A stretch of DNA of 64,000 nucleotides from Macrostomum lignano (lineage: Eukaryota). Of this stretch, positions 16,239 to 61,357 are shown in pieces. A program made the position numbers and the translations under genes. The notes beneath the pieces are model-generated. The model was not told the origin of the DNA. It made no database searches and saw nothing but the letters and a program-made list of their open reading frames with translations. The DNA lies in contig NIVC01000056.1 of assembly GCA_002269645.1 (NCBI GenBank), forward strand, positions 992,001 through 1,056,000, written 5' to 3'. Each line of letters opens with the position of its first letter. Positions within the stretch are counted from its first letter, which is position 1.

Positions 16239-16240
<2 letters not shown>
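13883..16240 (+). mobile_element. Head-to-tail duplicated, apparently non-autonomous element (Penelope-like/retrozyme-like) with 255-bp subrepeats and a hammerhead ribozyme
   Basis: 13883-14620 is repeated at 15503-16240 (offset 1620). 255-bp units start at 13883, 14138 (partial), 14993, 15248, 15503, 15758 (partial). Hammerhead at 14641-14681. Both ends abut (TATC)n. Class assignment is inference from the ribozyme type. Confidence 0.6.
14641..14681 (+). ncRNA. Minimal type I hammerhead ribozyme (Penelope-like-element type)
   Basis: AAACC-CTGACGA-A-GGCCCA(GTC)TGGGCC-GAAA-TAT-C-GGTTT: helix I AAACC/GGTTT, core CUGANGA and GAAA, 6-bp helix II, palindromic AUAU in place of helix III, predicted cleavage after AUC at 14676. 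Confidence 0.85.
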
Positions 16241-19403
<3,163 letters not shown>

Positions 19404-19924
19404 ATAGATCTATCTTCTTCAGCAATAGCAGATTATATAATGGATAGCAGTTTTTATCCATTTCTTTTTATCCATTCATAATGGATCATCGACCTGCATA
19501 TTAAAGCATCTTTATGCATCTCAGATCAAAGGAACCTAATTAGCAGTCTGTTGCTTTGCCTTCCGGGGAACAGCAGCTCGCACCCATCTCTGTTTCCGAG
19601 GCTGTTGGTTGTTTTCGCTAACCAAATTGTGATTTTATGTTCAATTTCACTGCCATCGTCAAACGGCAGTATTCTGTTTTAAAAGTAGTCAAATATAGTT
19701 GATAGTCTTGAAATGAAGTATTAGCTAATATTTTTAGTATAATGGATTAAAATAGTGCGAGTGTGTTGCATTTCTGCTGCTTGTTAGAATAAATAATGCA
19801 TGCACACAGCTTTCTACTATTATTAGTACAAATCTGTTATTGTGAGTTATTGTCATTGAATGATTTAAATAACAGGATAAACAACAAATATTCGGTTTAA
19901 GGCTAATTACAAAGAATCCTGGAA

Positions 19925-20195
19925 ATTACCCCATTCTCTAAATTTCCATTCCCGAGAATTCCCCATCCCGAAAATTCCCCATCCCGAAAATTCCCCATCC
20001 CAAAAATTCCCCATCTCAAAAATTCCCCATCCCGAAAATTCCCCATCCCAAAAATTCCCCATCCCAAAAATTCCCCATCCCAAAAATTCCCCATCCCAAA
20101 AACTTCCCATCCCAAAGATCTCTCATCCGGAAATTTCCCCATCCACGAAACTCTCCATCCCCTCAATTCCCCATCGATCGCGAAATTCCCCATCC
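19925..20195 (+). repeat. 16-bp minisatellite (TTCCCCATCCCRAAAA)
   Basis: TTCCCCAT at 19991 and 20007; the array ends at the candidate acceptor at 20199. Confidence 0.85.
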
Positions 20196-20199
20196 ACAG

Positions 20200-20454
20200 C
20201 AGGACTCAAATGCCTTATTGGACCATTACAGAGGCAGCTGAGCCTGGCCTGAGGTCAGCAGGAAGCTCTCCTGCTCACGCGCAGTCGAGCAGCAGCAGCG
20301 GTGGCGGCGGCGCCAGCAGGAACTGCCTGACAGTCAGACGAGGCACCCTGCTGAGGATGGCCAGCGCCGACTATCCGCCAAGCTCGTCAGCTGAGGCTGC
20401 GGCGGCTTCAGCGGTGCTGCACTCGGCAACCAGGGCCAGGAGCTTGAGGCATCA
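20200..20454 (+). CDS. Candidate internal exon encoding an S/A/G-rich low-complexity segment, probably a copine N-terminal extension
   Basis: CACAG acceptor at 20199 (or CAG at 20202), GC-rich open frame (RTQMPYWTITEAAEPG...SLRH), donor CA|GTGAGT at 20454; phase 2 at both ends. Confidence 0.5.
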
Positions 20455-20479
20455 GTGAGTCAAAGATGCTATGAACTTT

Positions 20480-21080
20480 TGGCGGTGACATCAAACAAGA
20501 TTAGTGAGTGCCGTGACGGTGACATCAAAGGATTTTTTAGATTAGTAAGTGACGGTGACATCAAAGGATTCTATAGATTAGTGAGTGCAGCGGCGGTGAC
20601 ATCAAAGGATTCTTTAGATTAGTAAGTGGCGGTGACATCAAAAGATTCTTTAGATTAGTAAGTGGCGGTTACATCAAAGGATTCTTTAGATAAGTAAGTA
20701 ACGGTGACATCAAACGATTCTTAAATTGGTAAGTGACGGTGACATCAATAGATTCTTTAGATTAGTAAGTGGCGGTGACATCAAAGGATTATTAGATTAG
20801 TAAGTGGCGGTGACATCAAAGGATTATTAGATTAGTAAGTGGCGGTTACATCAAAGGATTATTAGATTAGTAAGTGGCGGTTACATCAAAGGATTCTTTA
20901 GATTAGTAAGTGGTGGTGACATCAAAAGATTCTTTAGATTAGTAAATGGCGGTTACATCAATAGATTCTTTAGATTAGTAAGTGGCGGTTACTTCAATAG
21001 ATTCTTTAGATTAGTAAGTGGCGGTGACATCAAAGGATTCTTAAATTGGTAAGTGACGGTGACATCGACATGACATCAAA
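20480..21080 (+). repeat. 36-bp minisatellite (GTGACATCAAAGGATTCTTTAGATTAGTAAGTGGCG)
   Basis: Direct tandem units. Confidence 0.9.
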
Positions 21081-21579
21081 GAATTCTTAAATGCATAGGA
21101 CCCTCTAACAGATTTAGTTTATCCATGAAGTCGCATCGAAATCTATTGTCGATTTTTTGTGAATCAGAACGTGCAATCCATGTTTTTCTTCCCTAAAGCT
21201 TTTACCTGCCACTGCTTGGCCGCCAGTGTCGCCGTTGCAGCCTACTGAGTTTGGCATGGTAGTAGCAATAATAGAATACTAAATTCCAAATTTAACAAAA
21301 CAACAACAAATAAAAATTGCCTTTGTAAGTACTGAGTTTTTATTTCGGCAAATTGGGTGCAAATTTTTTATCGATTTAATCGACTAAAAATCCGCAAAAA
21401 ATTTCGATCATTTTTAATTAACTCGTAGTTGAAGGTGCTTAGTTTGGGTATAGTTTTTTTAATTATAAATTGTTACATTTATGACAGAGTTTTATTGCCA
21501 ACTGCTTTGTATGCCGTGCTCTAAAAAAATATTTTAAAAGGAATTCAGGCAATTCTTTAGTAAAAATTCCTGAAAATTT

Positions 21580-22130
21580 GAAGGGAGAGGAAAGAGGAAG
21601 GAGATAGGGAGAGAGGGAGAGAAGGAGAGAGAAGGGGGTAGAGGCAGGGAGAGAGGAAGGGAGATGGAGAGAGGGAGAGAGACGGAGATTGAGAAAGAGA
21701 GAGAGGATGGGAGAGTTAGAGTTAGAGAGGGTGAGAGAGGATAGAGGGAGGGAGAGAGGGAGGGAGAGGGAGAGGGAGAGAGGGAGGGAGAATGAAAGTG
21801 AGGGAGGGGTGGAGAGAGGGAGAGAGAGGGAGAGAGGGAGAGAGGGAGAGAGACGGAGATTGAGAAAGAGAGAGAGGATGGGAGAGTTAGAGTTAGAGAG
21901 GGTGAGAGAGGATAGAGGGAGGGAGAGAGGGAGGGAGAGGGAGAGGGAGAGAGGGAGGGAGAATGAAAGTGAGGGAGGGGTGGAGAGAGGGAGAGAGAGG
22001 GAGAGAGGGAGAGAGAGGGAGAGAGGGAGAGATATAGAGGGAGATATGGAGGCAGAGAGAAAGGCAGAGTGAAAAAGGGAAATAGAAAGGAGATGGAGAG
22101 AAGGGGAGAGAAGTGGAGAGGTTTGAGCAA
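21580..22130 (+). repeat. GA-rich polypurine tract containing a 171-bp direct duplication
   Basis: GACGGAGATTGAG at 21681 and 21852. Confidence 0.85.
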
Positions 22131-22509
22131 ACAAGAAATTCTAGCAAAAAGACACAAATTGTGCATGTAGCCAGTTAGTTTCAAAGCACTGGAACGCACC
22201 TGGACATCAGCGGGACACACAGGTTTTGTTAAGAGGCAGCTGCAGCCCTTTGAACAGAGAAGGTTTGAAAAATGGGCAGGCACAATATTAGCTATTGGAA
22301 TAAAGACAGATGGGTGGTGGGGTTAGGAGAGGTGAAACCAGACAGATAAGAACGCACTGTACACCAACCCCCTCGGTGGCCCTCCCCTAATCCTTCCTAA
22401 GTCGGGGACTACATGTACTAGTATAAGATAGAACTTCTGGATTGGAAACCAATATTTATTTCCTATCCAAAAAGCCCGACTGCTATTTTGCAATGATGTA
22501 CCGATGCTG

Positions 22510-23415
22510 TGATATACTGATGCAATCATGTACTGATGCAATCATGTACTGATGCAATCATGTACTGATGCAATCATGTACTGATGCAATCATGTACTGA
22601 TGCAATCATGTACTGATGCGGTGATGTACTGATGCAATCATGTTACTGATGCAATCATGTACTGATGCAATCAATCATGTACTGATGCAATCATGTACTG
22701 ATGCAATCATGTACTGATGCAATCATGTACTGATGCAATCATGTACTGATGCAATCATGTACTGATGCAATCAATCATGTACTGATGCAATCATGTACTG
22801 ATGCAATCATGTACTGATGCAATCATGTACTGATGCAATCATGTACTGATGCGGTGATGTACTGATGCAATCATGTACTGATGCAATCATGTACTGATGC
22901 AATCATGTACTGATGCAATCATGTACTGATGCAATCATGTACTGATGCAATCATGTACTGATGCAATCATGTACTGATGCAATCATGTACTGATGCAATC
23001 ATGTACTGATGCGGTGATGTACTGATGCAATCATGTACTGATGCAATCATGTACTGATGCAATCATGTACTTATGCGGTGATGTACTGATGCAATCATGT
23101 ACTGATGCAATCATGTACTGATGCAATCATGTACTGATGCGGTGATGTACTGATGCAATCATGTACTGATGCAATCATGTACTGATGCAATCATGTACTG
23201 ATGCGGTGATGTACTGATGCAATAATGTACTGATGCAATCATGTACTGATGCAATCATGTACTGATGCAATCATGTACTTATGCGGTGATGTACTGATGC
23301 AATCATGTACTGATGCAATCATGTACTGATGCATTCATGTACTGATGCGGTGATGTACTGATGCAATCATGTACTGATGCAATCATGTACTGATGCAATC
23401 ATGTACTGATGCATT
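22510..23415 (+). repeat. 16-bp minisatellite (CATGTACTGATGCAAT) with a periodic GCGGTG variant
   Basis: TGTAC at 22561 and 22577. Confidence 0.95.
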
Positions 23416-23420
23416 GATGC

Positions 23421-23500
23421 ACACAGGGTGTACAGCGGCTTTGGTTTTCTAATTGTTAGGCATGTACAGTCTCTGTGCCTTGGGGGTTGGCCCTCATGGC
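23421..23500 (-). mobile_element. Internal fragment of SINE family A
   Basis: ACACAGGGTGTACAGCGG...TTAGGCATGTACA...GCCTTGGGGGTTGGCCCTCA matches the copies at ~41410-41490 and ~49475-49550. Confidence 0.65.
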
Positions 23501-23922
23501 TGTGAATTTATCGCACGACAAACCCCCTCAGGCCAATTTCGTGAATGTGACAGCGCACTCATTGGGGGTCTGCATGCCAGCCTCATGGTGTAGAAGTGAT
23601 GGCATTTTCCTGCGAAGTTTGCCTCTGTCTCTACCTCCCTCCAGACAGATTATTTTAGTGCTTCACGCCCGAGCCAATCCCAGTGCCTGCATTCCCAGTG
23701 CCCCTCCCCTCCTGTATAATGAGGATTCAGCAACCCCCCTTCTCCTCCACCAACCGCTTCAGCTCTTCTCTCTTTCAAGGGATTTTACAATCCAGCGATC
23801 GTTCCTTTATTAAAACTGAACAAACCTGGCAGCCAGTCTGGTTAGATCCTGGCTGCCTTCCTTTCCGATTCCCCTCCTCCAGACTATTGAATTAGCCGCT
23901 GCAATCGGAGCAGGTAGATTAG

Positions 23923-51391
<27,469 letters not shown>

Positions 51392-53606
51392 GCAGCTCTG
51401 TATCTGTAGGACGAAATTAAAGTGTACTTACATATTTGTGTTTTTATTCGTTTCTCTCATTGTCATCGAAAAACTTTTTATAGAATTTTCTTCGCCCCAC
51501 AGACTGTTCTGTATAGAAAAATCAAGCAAAATTTGTTCATCAGATTTTCTTATCGCTGCACAGTTGCCAAGCTCGATTGAGAAGTATGAATAACAGCGGC
51601 GGGTCCGGAGGGAGGTCAAGAGGTCAGCTATAACCCTTCTCATCACCGGGGCACTAAAATATGAATTCACCCTCTTGAAAGTTAAATCGCAGTGACCAAA
51701 AATTTATCTTTCTTAAAGCTTATAGAAATTTGCCCCCCCCCCCAATCCCGTGGGGTCAATTGGGGTCAACTGGGTCTCGCCCCTGACAAAAACGAAGATT
51801 TTCTAGGACAAGTTTCCACGTTCTCGAAAATAAAAAGCTTTTTGTGCACTTTCGAATCGCGGATGCAATGTACTTTTTGAATTAGCAAACCTATGTGTGA
51901 ACAACTATGCAAGCAAGCAGACGAACGATTTTTTGATAACAAAAGTTTTGATTTATTTGGTTTTTGATGGATTTCATAACCTTGCTTTTCCTGTCGTGTC
52001 TTATCGAAGCCCTAATCTATTTTTGTCTCTTATGGCTACTTACATAATCTCTTCGCTGTTTAATCGCCATCCAAGCGAACCTGATCCCCTGCGCGCCCCG
52101 TCTCGTGTCTTGATATCGTCAAAACTCCGCTCTTGGGGTTTGTTTAAATGTAACCTTGCCCGTATCTCCCTGCAACCCCGAAGCACACTGCGCTACTATT
52201 TCATTTTTGGTATCATCTGAGATCTGGTTTGTTTTACTGCACTATATTAATGATTCGCGGTGGTTGTCTGGATAGGAGTCGGTTATGTTTACCACTCCAA
52301 TGAGCCAGGTCGAATATAAATCATCTGAAGAGCTCAACTATGCCTATGAGATAAAGGATTTTGTACTATTGTTAGAATTTTTATTTACTACGCTGTCACT
52401 TTTAATGTCCCCAAACTATCATGGAGCTTACTTATGTTTGTCAAAAAGATTCTCTTACTTTGGGCTCTCCCTCTGTCTTTGCTCTACCTGCACCTTTTTT
52501 ATCGAATTCCTTTTTTGGTATTGGCTCTGTTAACAATTATTGAAATATTTATCAAGTCATTTTTTGCCTTTTTGTGTCACTACCGTCAACGCGACCCCTT
52601 AAAGTGTACTACAAATGCGTAACCTTAATATCAGCGCGCCGCACAACCAAATACACCGTGCTTACGAATCGGAAGCTATATATAAACTATTTAAAGCGTT
52701 TGACTTTGCAATTGTCTATTATTCTCATTGATAATACTCCAGTGCACTACTTTTGCCGACTAGTAGCATGCAAAAGATATGCAGCTCAGGTTAGAGACAT
52801 CGCATATTTGCACCTTTGCAAGAGTCAGCATCTGAGAATCGATAAGATGCCAAGGCTTTCGGGGAATTGCCTAGATATCGAGGCTTAGTGGGGGAATTTC
52901 CGAGATGTCAAGGCTTACGGGGAAGATGTCGAGGCTTGTAGAGGGAGGGTTTCTGAGATGTCAATTGGCTGAGAGGTCAAAGCTACATGTAGTTTATTAA
53001 AAAAAATATTTCTTTCTTTGTTGGCTCCCCAAATCTTTGTCTCTGAAAATTCTATTTGATTAAGGTGATTCAAAAAACGAAGAATGAATGCTTTTAAAAA
53101 ATGTGCCTTCATTTTATAGGATTCATGTAAATACTTTTCGTCCCTTTGCCTTTTGGGCGCCCCAAAAAGGGGGGGCACTAGATGGCTAGTCCTATATACT
53201 AAAAATGTATCTGTTTAGTTGTCAGATATTGGTTATTGATTTTGCTTTTGCGCCATCAGATAATTGCAAAATTTGGTTGGCTTATAGCAATTATTTTTGT
53301 TTCGATAAAACTCAGAAAAAAGGACGGCAACAGGCCTCCTTAGGTTTCGAAAGTTAAATACCGAGTTGTATTGCTCAGACACGCCCGTTGCTTTACGCCT
53401 TAACGCCTGTAGTTTTTGCAGCAAAGCAAAGCTAACCGTGAGAACCGTTCCCAGGCCAGCAGGGGCATGGCAGTCTCACGATGCACTGAGTGCTGATATG
53501 AGCTTTGTTATAATCTTTATATTAACTTTATTTTGCGATTCTCTAAAGACCTAGCCGTTCAATTCCGCACAGTAACTAACCAATTTACAACAGACTCAAA
53601 ACTCAA

Positions 53607-55108
53607 ATGCTACTTGGGCCACACACGGGTGTCCGACTGCCTAGTCGAGCCAACACGGAAGACTTGGTGGTTGTCATCGAGACGCCAGACAGGCAGTTGC
53701 ACCAGCCGGATCGCGTCGACCTTCGGGATCACAAAATCTCCATTCGGTACACGCCGCTTCAGGTCGGAACGCATTTGATTGACATCTTCTATCAGGGCTC
53801 GAGGATTAAAGGTAAGTTGAGAAAAAACATGGCGAACGATTTTTTCCGAATCGGATTTCTAATAAGTGTGGATTTTTGAATACGGTGAATATTCTGTCGC
53901 TAAAACGAAGGAAATACATATTATTCACCAGGATCGCCGTTTCAATTTTTCGTCGATTCGGACGGACTGCGACGCAACGGCGGCCTGGACATGGGATTCC
54001 GAGTCAATCAGCGCCACGAAGGCGTGTCAGCGACGTCCTCGTCGAACTCGTCGTCTATGATGTACAACCAGGCTGGCGGCGGCAGCTACGACTTCGGCTG
54101 CCATGTAGTCGACGGCAGACTGGCGTTCAGTCGGCAGGTGTCACCCGTGTCCGAAGTTGGCGTTTGCAACCAGCTGAAAATTCGCTCAGCCGATGGAGGC
54201 GATCTCGACAAGTCAATGCTGGTAGCGTTCGATGGTCCGGAAAAGGTAGACGTTGATTTAGAGGAGCGATCGCGGAGCGAGTATCAGCTGTCGTACACGT
54301 TCTTCGCCCCAGGTGATTACCAAATGCGGGTTCTAGTTGGTGGATCGGACATCCTGAATCCCATTCCGGTGCACGTTGTTGGCGATGCGATTGGCGCGAG
54401 TTCCAGCGGTTCATTCTTTTCCAACTCGGGCGTTTTCAACTCGGCTGCTAACGGCTCGGCTAACAACGCCGCTTCGTCCTCAAGCGCTTGGTTCAGCTCG
54501 GCGCGACACCTGAACCTTGGAGAAAGCTCGTTTGTCACAGAACAGGTGACTGAAGTTTCGAAATAAATAACTAATAGCTAGATATTCAAACTAACGGGAC
54601 CTAACTCAATTAGGACCACTGTAGTATAGCAGGACGTAGAACTCAAAGATCTCGTAATTTTTGCAGGCCAATATCCTGAAAAAAAGTACACAGCGGAAAA
54701 CTCGCAAAATCAATAACTGCATTTGATCTGGGAGAGTGAAGATTATCGTTCTTTTAATTTAGCGTGCACAGCATGCTACTTGTGTTGTATCCTGTATAGC
54801 TGTAAATATTGTCTTTACAGGCGCTGTTGAGCCACCGAGTCTACGGCGAGGGCATCGAACGTGGCTGGTCTGGCCGCGAGTGCACCTTCGAGGTGCAGCT
54901 GCCAACTCAGACTACCAGTGAAAACGGCCCGCTTACCGTTACAATCGATGGGCCGTCCAAAGTAGACCTGTTATACGAAGAGGTCGCCTACAATGTGTTC
55001 CGTTTCCGCTACACGCCTCTGCTTCCGGGCGAGTATTTTGTGGCAATTAAACTGGGCCCAGAGATGCGCCACATCCTGGCCTCGCCCTACAAAGTGATTG
55101 TACACTGA
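53607..55108 (+). CDS. Short filamin-repeat (Ig-like) protein, 3 repeats, ~368 aa; start codon tentative
   Basis: Exons 53607-53811, 53932-54545, 54821-55108 join in phase (1, 0). Filamin motifs: ISIRYTPLQVGTHLIDIFYQGSRIKGSPFQFFV; VAFDGPEKVDV...YQLSYTFFAPGDYQMRVLVGGSDI; VYGEGIERG...FEV...LTVTIDGPSKVDL...YTPLLPGEYFVAIK...HILASPYKVIV. AATAAA at 55176. Confidence 0.85.
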
Positions 55109-56062
55109 ATCTCGATTGTTGCTTTGCACCGCTGACTCAACAATGTACATTGTCAGACTTATTATGGTAAGCTAGAATAAATTTTTGTAAGTCTGATTAA
55201 GTTAAGATCGGCTTGAATATGTGTAATTTTTTATCAAAACTTTGTTTCTGATGCGTTCATAGATCAGTAAAGGTGTCGTGAATGCGCCCGCACTCGTACT
55301 ACTCCGCCTAGCCACCATATGCTGCTCCATCGCTTAATCGCACTGTACTGTTGTCGGCCCAACTCAACCACACAGCGCTGTTCTGGCTACCCGGTTACCC
55401 CCTTGCGCTTCTCTCGACGTCGGCCCTGAGCGTTTTGCAATCCACCCAATCGCGCAAACTTAGCCTTTCCGTGCATGCTCGGCTGAAGCTTTTATGTACT
55501 TATTTATTTCCTAATTTCTCAACCCTTTTTACGTCTGCTGCAAGTGCAGTCTTTGGTTGTGCTGACGGTCACATTTTCTACCACATCTTGCGTGTGATTG
55601 GCTGCCCCAGGTTGAGCCGTGATCGATCTGTCTGTCCTTTTGCTATCTCGCTCTGTTTGATTGGCTGGGCCGTTTTTTGGCAACCTAAGTTTAAGTTTTC
55701 TACCCCCCCCCCTACTCTGTCTCTCCTCTCTTGTCTATCGCTCGCCGCTACCCCAAGTTGACTTGTTGGGTTTGACTGGCTTACAAACTAGCTGGGATTC
55801 AGCAATAGGATCTGTACACGAGCCGAGATTAGCGGGGACTAGCAATCAGCGCCCCCGTTGGGGAGCCAAAAAACGACAAAAGGCTTTGATCAATTTAAAA
55901 CTTAATGTAACAACTCACTATTAGTAGCTACATTTAGTCCGTTAAATTATCATGGAATCTGTTAATACCCAGTCGATACTACTGCAAGTGGCTTGTCTAG
56001 AGCACAAATACTAAAATAACTAGATAGGCCAATCAGGCATATATACTTGGTAAAACAGCTTT

Positions 56063-56440
56063 CTACTTTCAGTTCAGTAGCAAAGAAGAATACATAAGCT
56101 ATTTTATGAAAATAAAGGAAGTTGAAATGACTTCGATAAGTTTAGAACCCCAAGCTTGCAGGCGTAAACAACTTGCTAATTTGTTTATAGCAATGATGTA
56201 CATTGGCCAGTCCATAGATAAAGTATACTTTATCTATGGGCCAGTCCACTGAAGTGTACATGGCAGCTTTAGGCTGGAATCCCGAGAAAGGCAATAAAAT
56301 TTTTTTGGGCGGGGCGGGGGGTAGCTGTGTGGAAACGCGCGCTTGGAGGTTTAAGTGGGGGTAAGAGCCAATAAACTAACCTTGGCTTTAAAAATACATT
56401 AAAATGCTTCAGTTTAACTTGCTACTGAACTGAAAGTAGC
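56063..56440. mobile_element. Putative MITE with ~23-bp TIRs and an internal perfect 28-bp palindrome
   Basis: CTACTTTCAGTTCAGTAGCAAAG at 56063 vs CTTTGCTACTGAACTGAAAGTAG ending at 56440; CCATAGATAAAGTATACTTTATCTATGG at ~56212-56239. Confidence 0.6.
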
Positions 56441-56874
56441 TTACACGCAAATGTGCTGAGTAAATGTGCCCATCTAGTTATTCTAGTATCTGTGGTCTCG
56501 AGTAGATTCTTCAAAGGTAATTTTGCATTAACTTTTTGAACGTTAGAACGTATTGCTACGAGCGTATTTAAACAAGTACAAAAGGAGACTTCTTGCGTAA
56601 ATATATTTAAACTTGTGATCGAAAAGAATTTATATTAATTCGTGGTAGTCACTCTTGTTGAAGCTAAAAAAATTAAAATTATCCTCAGCAACATTGAAAA
56701 GTCACCACCCCTTTTGCCCCCAGAGAGCAGACAGTGTCTTTCGACGACCAGCGTCTATCACCTGGCCAACCATTTTGATATTAAAAAATGCTTGAAAAAA
56801 ACAATGAAAACCGGGCGGATGCTTCAATCTATCCAATCTTCGCCCTTGGCTCTTTCCAAGCAAGTTGCGTCACT

Positions 56875-57189
56875 CAATAATAATAATAATAATAATTGAT
56901 TACACGTGTCCCAATTAAACCAGTTGTGCAACCGACAGCTCAGCCGCAGCTATTGCGCGGCGCATCTGAAGGCTCCGTACGGCTGTGCAGTCCAAGGACT
57001 GCTGGGGGTCGCCACACACAGCCTCAATTACCCCAGTTAATGCTGGCACCCATTTTACTGCTGAGTGAACTGAAGCAATGCAGAGTTAAGTGTCTTGCTC
57101 AATGACACAAATTGCTCCAGTGGGATCGGGAAACGAACCCCGAACCTTCAAGTCGTGAGTCCAACTCTCTCACCACTGGGCTACAACCC
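56875..57189 (-). mobile_element. tRNA-derived SINE family B, copy 2
   Basis: Colinear with 35000-35303; (ATT)n tail on the minus strand at 56875-56897. Confidence 0.85.
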
Positions 57190-58138
57190 TGTCACTGAAA
57201 AGTCAACACTGAGCTGGAATTTACTGCGCACTCTCAAAAGTAGCCACTTTTTATGTTGTTGAGCGTAAGTTTAAGTAAAAATTGAAGCACAAATTAAATT
57301 TAAACTCAAACTCAGGTTTCAGCTACGAAAAAGATTTGACATTCTCGATTTGAATTGGATAAAAGTACAGAAGACAAAAAACTATTTGCGCAAATTATGT
57401 TCGTGCTTGTCCGTTTAGAAAAAAATGTTATAACGTAGAGGCCCGCTTATTGTTTTAATAGTAATATCAATAGCTAGCTAGTTAGCAAGCGTGTTGCTTA
57501 AAATAAAAAATCGTGAATACAGTACTGTCACAATGCTGGTATTTATACTCATTTTGGGTTGTCTAGTTTAGTAAAAAAACTCGGTTATCAAATGATAAGT
57601 GTCCAGATGGTCGACCAAACCGCGGTAAACTTTCAGCGACGGCACGTGATAAGTATTTGCGTGAAGCATCTTCTACCTGAAAAGGTGAATTTTTCGAATT
57701 TTGTAAAAAAAAACTAGATCCATTGATCAGTAAACGTAGAAGGACGCCACACTTGCAAATACGCGCGGTTTTGAATTGACAATTGCGCTAGCTAAAGTTC
57801 TAAACTGTTTGATTCAAGCACAAGCGAATGTGTTTTGTTGAAGATTCTTTCACAAGTTTCTTTAAAGCATGACTTGGTTGGTGGATGTTCTAAATAGTTT
57901 ACTTAGTTTACATATATTATAAAATCAATAAATATGAAAATAGAGCTATATAAGTTTAATAAAAGGTAAAAAACAATATTTTTCCATTCGAAAACTTATG
58001 AATTAACCTCGGTTAAACCACCTGCTTCGATCATTTCGTAAATGTAAATTTCAGAAGAATTCTAGTACAATTTGCACTCAAGAGTGTGGCGCTCTTCCGC
58101 GTCATGTTTCCGCGTGACTAATTAAATTTCGCATTTTA

Positions 58139-61267
<3,129 letters not shown>

Positions 61268-61349
61268 AATCAGACGCTCGACGATGGTATTCAGCAAAGA
61301 AAGAAAAAAGTTTCACGGGTTGCGCTCCTTCCACAGCTGAGGCGAGCTG

Positions 61350-61357
61350 TTTAAATA
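61350..61357 (-). promoter_or_regulatory. Possible TATA box (TATTTAAA) of the tandem-vWA gene
   Basis: Lies ~83-90 nt upstream of the ATG at 61267; motif only, no TSS data. Confidence 0.25.

Noticed and set aside
52677-52686. TATATATAAA as promoter of the filamin-repeat gene
   Set aside because: It is ~920 nt from the ATG in AT-rich DNA, with no supporting evidence.
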